DNA from: a bacterium
Lineage (GTDB): Bacteria; Patescibacteriota; Patescibacteriia; JBAXGH01
Assembly (NCBI GenBank): GCA_037139515.1
Contig: JBAXGH010000001.1
Location: 16,101-80,100 of the forward strand
Length of the DNA stretch: 64,000 bases
Direction of reading: 5' to 3'
Of the stretch, positions 59,420-64,000 are shown piece by piece; positions within the stretch are counted from its first letter, which is position 1, and each line of letters begins with the position of its first letter. The position numbers were made by a program, and so were the translations under genes. The notes beneath the pieces are model-generated. The model did not search any database, was not told the DNA's origin, and saw nothing but the letters and a program-made list of their open reading frames with translations.

Positions 59420-60493
59420 TTATAACTGCTTTAAGAAGCGGAAATCGTTTTTGTAGAGCATACGCAAATCCGGCACCGAAAGCCCCTCTTTCATCATGTA
59501 GCAGCGCTCAACACCGAAGCCAAAAGCAAAGGCACTGTACTTTTCAGGATCCACTCCGCCAGCTTTCAAAACATTCGGATGCGTCATGCCGGCGCCCCCA
59601 AGTTCAAGCCAGCCGCGCTTACAAACTCCGCATTTAACACCATTCTTCAAACCGGTACCGCCACAAATAACGCAGGAAATATCTACTTCGAAGCTCGGTT
59701 CGGTGAAGCGGAAATGATGAGGACGCAGGCGCGTTTTCCGATCAGTGCCAAAGAACGATTTAATAAAATAATCTATGACGCCTTTAAGATTAGCAAGATT
59801 CATGTTCTTATCAACACAAAAACCCTCAAACTGATGAAACATCGGGATATGAGAGATGTTCGATTCACGCCTAAAAGCTTTGCCGATGCAGACCGCGCGA
59901 ATCGGAAACTCGCCACGCTCAAGCAGACGCACCTGTGAGTTTGAGGTATGCGGAGTCAAAACCATTTTGCCGTATTTTTTATCGGTCGCGATTTCGCCTT
60001 CACGAGGTCCGACAAAGAAAGTTTCGGTTTCGTTACGCGCCGGATGATCATGCGGCATATTCAACGCTTCGAAAGCATAATGATCCCAGTCGGCTTCAAA
60101 ACCCTTCTCGCGCACAAAACCGATACGCGAAAAAATCGCCTCGATTTCGCGAGTAGCCTTGGTTATGATATGCGAATGACCAAGTTCGTGAGCAACGCCC
60201 GGGGCTGTCACATCCATCCACTCAGCCTCGGCAATAAGATTTGAAGCGCCAGCTTTCAACTTCGTATTCTGAGACACAAAAGCTGCTTCAAGTTCAGACT
60301 TGATAGAATTGACCAACTCCCCCATCTTTTTGCGATCTTCAGGCGCCAAAGCACCCAAGCCACGCATTAAACCTGATAGTTCACCCTTGCGACCGAGATA
60401 CTTAGTTTCCGCTTCACCTAGCGATTCTTCGGACTGCGCCGCATTGATTGCTTTGAGCGCAGCTTCTTTGAGCGTTTTTAGTTGTTGTTCCAT
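59420..60493 (-). CDS. pheS: phenylalanine--tRNA ligase alpha subunit, with a CxxC-x9-CxxC insertion
   Basis: FRFTEPSFEVD class II motif. The insert SCVICGGTGLKNGVKCGVCKRGW lies between motif 2 and GGAGMTHPNVL. Confidence 0.85.
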   Translation of the reverse strand: MEQQLKTLKEAALKAINAAQSEESLGEAETKYLGRKGELSGLMRGLGALAPEDRKKMGELVNSIKSELEAAFVSQNTKLKAGASNLIAEAEWMDVTAPGVAHELGHSHIITKATREIEAIFSRIGFVREKGFEADWDHYAFEALNMPHDHPARNETETFFVGPREGEIATDKKYGKMVLTPHTSNSQVRLLERGEFPIRAVCIGKAFRRESNISHIPMFHQFEGFCVDKNMNLANLKGVIDYFIKSFFGTDRKTRLRPHHFRFTEPSFEVDISCVICGGTGLKNGVKCGVCKRGWLELGGAGMTHPNVLKAGGVDPEKYSAFAFGFGVERCYMMKEGLSVPDLRMLYKNDFRFLKQL

Positions 60494-60655
60494 AGTTAGA
60501 CCTGTTACTGAATAAATCTTTGGTCGAAAAATCGCGTTTTTCGGCTGCATCGCGCTTAAAAATGCTCGTAATACTATCAGTATTCCTGTGCTTTTATGCA
60601 CGCGATGCCGCTCTAAAAACGCGACTCTCGCCTCAAAGTTTATCAGCAACAGGTC

Positions 60656-60698
60656 TAACGGATATTCTAACAAGATTTAGGAGAATGTCGATATTTAG
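60656..60698 (-). promoter_or_regulatory. pheS promoter TATCGACATTCTCC-N3-ATCTTGTTAGAATAT followed by a ~160-nt leader bearing a 15-nt inverted repeat
   Basis: Near-identical promoter at 61545..61583 upstream of the DinD-like gene. Confidence 0.5.
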
Positions 60699-61541
60699 CT
60701 ATTTTAATCTTTTCTGCTCTTGCGATTTCTTAAAATTATCACCGTTCACGATTTTTTTACCGGTTTTTGATTCAATTTCTTTGCGCGCATTGCCAGCTAT
60801 ACTTCCACCCTCGCGCGCTACCGACCTATTTTCATCAAAATCCTTCGGCTCGCGCTTTTGTGAGATTTCCGTCGTCGCCGTTTCCGCGAGCATGCTCAAA
60901 ACCAATTCCATGTTAGACATGTTATCGTGAAGATTTTCTTTCTTTAAATCTTTAAGATTTTTATATTCTTTGGTCGTAAGTCCAGCCCAAGCTTTTGTGA
61001 TTTCGTCAGTCAGAATCGCAAATTCCAAACCCTCTTTCACCCCGCGCGTCTCCCACTCATTCGTGAGCGACTTGCGAATCTCGATACTCTTCAAGCGTTG
61101 ATTCACCCATTCCGGGCTATATCCTTTCTGCAAATACGTTTTAAGAGCGCGATTAATGGCGAGTTCCGGATCGGCGGCTTCTTCAAGTCGCTCATAACCG
61201 ACGCGGGCGAGCCAAAGCTTGAACGGTTCGGCATTCTGCGAAGGCACCGACTGAATCAACCGAAGCATAGTTTCGGTATCGGCGGCGTCCGTCGTGCGCA
61301 TCTTGCCGTCCGGAGCCACCATTTTCAAACCGTGACATTTTGTCACGGTTTCATTTCCACCTTCTTTTAACAGCCTTTCTTTCAACTTTCGCCAATAAGC
61401 GACCGGGTCGATACTTTTCGTTAGAACCGCAAGAACGTCAGACACCGCAAAATACCAAAGTTCTTTTTCCGCATCCCAGTGGCGACGAATCTGCTGCCCA
61501 TCGAACAAGGCAATGACTTTAGCTTTTGGGAGTTGATTCAT
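60699..61541 (-). CDS. dinD: DinD-like DNA-damage-inducible protein
   Basis: The C-terminal region FAILTDEITKAWAGLTTKEYKNLKDLKKENLHDNMSNMELVLSMLAETATTE parallels E. coli DinD FAIFQNHGYQGLYGGLDQKAIHQRKGLKKNQKILDHMGSTELAANLFRATQTEE. The promoter's -10 TAGAAT lies 11 nt before the ATG (near-leaderless). Confidence 0.5.
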   Translation of the reverse strand: MNQLPKAKVIALFDGQQIRRHWDAEKELWYFAVSDVLAVLTKSIDPVAYWRKLKERLLKEGGNETVTKCHGLKMVAPDGKMRTTDAADTETMLRLIQSVPSQNAEPFKLWLARVGYERLEEAADPELAINRALKTYLQKGYSPEWVNQRLKSIEIRKSLTNEWETRGVKEGLEFAILTDEITKAWAGLTTKEYKNLKDLKKENLHDNMSNMELVLSMLAETATTEISQKREPKDFDENRSVAREGGSIAGNARKEIESKTGKKIVNGDNFKKSQEQKRLK

Positions 61542-61642
61542 ATCAGAATATTCTAGCAAGAACCGGGAGAATGTCGATAATAACAAAAGTCCCAGACCCG
61601 CGGTTGCGGTTCTGGGACGGGAAGAACAGAGGGAATGAGGAC

Positions 61643-62527
61643 TTAAAGTACTGCCACGAAACGGAATGCGAAGCAGTCGTTCGAGCGCGACGGACGATAG
61701 CTGTCGACAAGCGCAAGGCCACCGAACTCACGGTTACCGACGAGGAGCCGAAAACCCGAGTCGTAACGATTATCACACCACTCCCAGGAGTATGTGCTCC
61801 CAAGATCCGGCAGATCCATCCCGCGACTCGCGCGCAGCTCGTTCATGACGTTCGCGAACAGGTTGTACTGCTCCGCTGTCATGTGGCGGAACGCGCCGGC
61901 TGTGAGGTGAAACTCGCGGTCGAGCTTCGGGTAATGCGTCTCGACGCAGTCATTCCAACTCACGCCGAACCGCGTCTTCAGACCCAGGATCTCGGTGATC
62001 TGATCCTTGTACGCGGCCTCGTCATCCCAGTTGAGCTTCGGGGTCGTATCCACGATACCCCAGAATCCTTCGATCGGCTTGCGCTCGATCTCGGATTCGT
62101 CGGTGTACTGGCCCCACTTGGGCTTCACAAAGCTGTTCGGGTAATCCGCCTCCGTGACCGACGGGAAGTACCACCACATGAGTTGGGGGTACTTTTCGAG
62201 CGCCGCCGCGGTTTCCGCGCTCACCTCCATGAGTGGCGGAACCACGATTCCCTTGCCCGGAAAAAGCTCGTCGTACAACTCCTGGAAGAACTCCTGCGGC
62301 CCGGCAAGCTTCACGCCACCCTTGGTCTTCCGGGCAATCAACGCCTGGATTTCGGCGAAAAGGCCTTCTTTAGCATCAATCTCAAGGAGTTGCCTCATCT
62401 GCCCAGTCGACATCTTCTTTTTCTTCGCTTTCACGAGAACCTCCAAACCATCCGCGGGAGCACAAGTGACAGCGCCGTATGCGCCAGCATTTTGGTTACC
62501 CTTTGGACAGCCGACACATAATCGCAT
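61643..62527 (-). CDS. hypothetical protein, GC-rich (~58-60%) island
   Basis: The antisense ORF 61526..62521 is Arg/His-rich junk. There is a hairpin terminator at 61596..61625. No family recognised. The likely start is the internal MSTGQ. Confidence 0.45.
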   Translation of the reverse strand: MRLCVGCPKGNQNAGAYGAVTCAPADGLEVLVKAKKKKMSTGQMRQLLEIDAKEGLFAEIQALIARKTKGGVKLAGPQEFFQELYDELFPGKGIVVPPLMEVSAETAAALEKYPQLMWWYFPSVTEADYPNSFVKPKWGQYTDESEIERKPIEGFWGIVDTTPKLNWDDEAAYKDQITEILGLKTRFGVSWNDCVETHYPKLDREFHLTAGAFRHMTAEQYNLFANVMNELRASRGMDLPDLGSTYSWEWCDNRYDSGFRLLVGNREFGGLALVDSYRPSRSNDCFAFRFVAVL

Positions 62528-62574
62528 ATTTTAGCGAAGATGTCAATATACAATAACAAAATCAAGGGAATCAA

Positions 62575-62598
62575 GACCCCTCGGCTTCGGGATGACAA
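62575..62598. repeat. family-2(ii) hairpin repeat, reverse orientation
   Basis: GACCCCTCGGCTTCGGGATGACAA. Confidence 0.65.
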
Positions 62599-62641
62599 CT
62601 TTAAGGCTCTAGATAACAACAAAGGACTTTTTACAGCCAAA

Positions 62642-63739
62642 TCACATCCCAACCAACCCCTTCAGTCCACCTAAAATACCGGCGCCGTAGCGCGCCACAT
62701 CTTTCAGTGTGATGACTGCAACCAGCAACATGAGTAGAAAGAATCCGACGGTGTGAAAAACATTTTCGATTTTGGCGGCGACTTTTCGACCGCGGGCGGC
62801 GGCAATCGCGACAAACAACAAACGTCCGCCATCAAGCGCCGGGAACGGCACGATATTCAAGACTGCCAAATTTATCGAAAGCATCGCGGCAAATTGCAAC
62901 AGGTGCATGAATCCAAGTTTTGCGACCTGGCCGGTAATCACCGCGATACCAATCGGACCAGAAACTTCACCCACTCCCCGACCACGGAAAATCCCGCTAA
63001 TCAAATCACCGAAAGCCGCAAAAGTCCCGACCGTAATCGCATAAGTGGTTTTTGAGGCTTCAACCAGAGCGCGAATCGGACCGTATGACACGACACCGGT
63101 TTCAACCAAACCGACTCCGATTCCGTAGCGCGCAGTGCCATCTATCAATTTTTTTTCGATTTTCAAAACGCGGGTTTCACCGTTCACAACTTCAACTTCG
63201 ACCGTGCCCGGCTTATCGGATTGAGCAGCCTTGATAAAATCACCATAATTCAAAACCGGTGTGCCGTTTGCTGACTTGATGCTATATCCTGGCGCGATTC
63301 CAGCTTTGTCGGCCGGCGAACCAGCAACCACCTGCTCGATCATGAGTTTCCTGTCACTCACGGCGGCGTCCGAAGGCAGACCTTCAACCGCCATCGGAAA
63401 ACCGGAAATATAACCAATCCAAAACAATAACAATGCCAAAACCAGGTTCATGAAAACCCCGGCCACCAAAATAATCGCTTTTTGCCAAAGCGGTTTCACG
63501 AAAAAACTATCCTGCTCATTAGCTTCTTCGGATTCACCCTTGATTTTCACAAAGCCGCCAAGCGGAATCCAATTCAAGCTCCACAAAGTTTTTCCTTTTT
63601 TAAAACCCCAGGCGCGCGGCGGAAAACCGAAACCGAATTCTTCAACCGCACAGCCAAATAATCGCGCCGTCAGATAGTGTCCACATTCATGAAAAAGCAC
63701 TAAGAGCGAAAGAACCAGCAAAAAAATCAGCAAAGTCAT
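62642..63739 (-). CDS. rseP: RIP site-2 metalloprotease RseP (M50) with a PDZ domain
   Basis: HECGHYLTARLFG HExxH motif near the N-terminus and the LNLLP.P.LDGG C-terminal motif (LAVLNIVPFPALDGG). Confidence 0.85.
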   Translation of the reverse strand: MTLLIFLLVLSLLVLFHECGHYLTARLFGCAVEEFGFGFPPRAWGFKKGKTLWSLNWIPLGGFVKIKGESEEANEQDSFFVKPLWQKAIILVAGVFMNLVLALLLFWIGYISGFPMAVEGLPSDAAVSDRKLMIEQVVAGSPADKAGIAPGYSIKSANGTPVLNYGDFIKAAQSDKPGTVEVEVVNGETRVLKIEKKLIDGTARYGIGVGLVETGVVSYGPIRALVEASKTTYAITVGTFAAFGDLISGIFRGRGVGEVSGPIGIAVITGQVAKLGFMHLLQFAAMLSINLAVLNIVPFPALDGGRLLFVAIAAARGRKVAAKIENVFHTVGFFLLMLLVAVITLKDVARYGAGILGGLKGLVGM

Positions 63740-63748
63740 AGGACGCTA

Positions 63749-64000
63749 CTATAACATCACTTTCTCGACTTTGACATCCTCACCCAGCCATTTTCGCGCC
63801 AAATCCACGGTTCCTATGCGCGCATCGGTGAGCGCGAGCGTGAGTTCGCCATCGCCATCAAATAATTCTCCGCTGAAAATCTCTTTCACGATTCCTTCGC
63901 GAAAATAGTTCAAAACCGCAGGACCGGATTCAACGAGTTCAACTTTTTTTCCGACGACGCTCGCAATTGTTGCTTCCATGAACGGAAAATGAGTACAACC
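63749..64000 (-). CDS. partial CDS running off the window end, unknown product
   Basis: The ORF continues beyond position 64000. Confidence 0.3.
   Translation of the reverse strand, partial: GCTHFPFMEATIASVVGKKVELVESGPAVLNYFREGIVKEIFSGELFDGDGELTLALTDARIGTVDLARKWLGEDVKVEKVML

Noticed and set aside
61526-62521. 331-aa plus-strand ORF antisense to 61643..62527
   Set aside because: Same reasoning: Arg/His-rich low-complexity antisense artefact of a ~58% GC gene.

Overview
This 64 kb window is a gene-dense bacterial chromosomal segment of roughly 45-48% GC, dominated by housekeeping genes, and it carries several genes involved in the SOS response (the bacterial DNA-damage response). Its small-genome, repeat-rich character and the mobile elements it carries (listed next) are compatible with a Patescibacteria/CPR-like organism (inference only).

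Housekeeping genes identified:
- gyrB, interrupted by an intein (a self-splicing protein insert) that carries an HNH endonuclease
- the secE-nusG-rplK cluster
- rpsB-tsf, rplY, rpmE-prfA-prmC and pheS-pheT
- queA, rodA/ftsW and rseP
- glycolysis genes eno, pgk, gap and gpmI
- metK, malic enzyme, mltG and a cyclophilin

Genes related to the SOS response (the first three on the plus strand):
- lexA, with a palindromic operator overlapping its own -10
- dinB
- a DinD-like gene
- uvrD/pcrA

The most striking feature is a complete diversity-generating retroelement (DGR) at about 25.0-28.9 kb. It comprises:
- a reverse transcriptase (RT) with the DGR-type LGNLTSQ and YADD motifs
- a 142-bp template repeat (TR) rich in AAY codons
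- a cognate variable repeat (VR) forming the last ~47 codons of a target gene; 17 of the 20 TR/VR mismatches fall at TR adenines
- an Avd-like four-helix-bundle ORF on the opposite strand
- a C9 homopolymer at the RT/avd junction
- a HicAB-like toxin-antitoxin pair immediately downstream of the target gene

Other notable items:
- two tandem, paralogous Cys/His-rich small ORFs between gyrB and secE, the second carrying an apparent 2-nt frameshift
- a secreted protein made of about 17 tandem PGY(V/T)x pentapeptides
- four GC-rich (~57-60%) gene islands encoding unknown proteins, each with its own promoter and terminator

The window is unusually rich in families of dispersed short palindromic repeats:
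- an ~80-nt hairpin element with a conserved loop, found at the 3' ends of genes
- ~25-nt hairpin motifs found between genes and also in frame inside queA and the DGR RT
- heptamer and octamer arrays upstream of ribosomal protein genes
- U-rich UUGAUUU-repeat leaders on metK, eno and gap

No rRNA, tRNA or CRISPR array was recognised.
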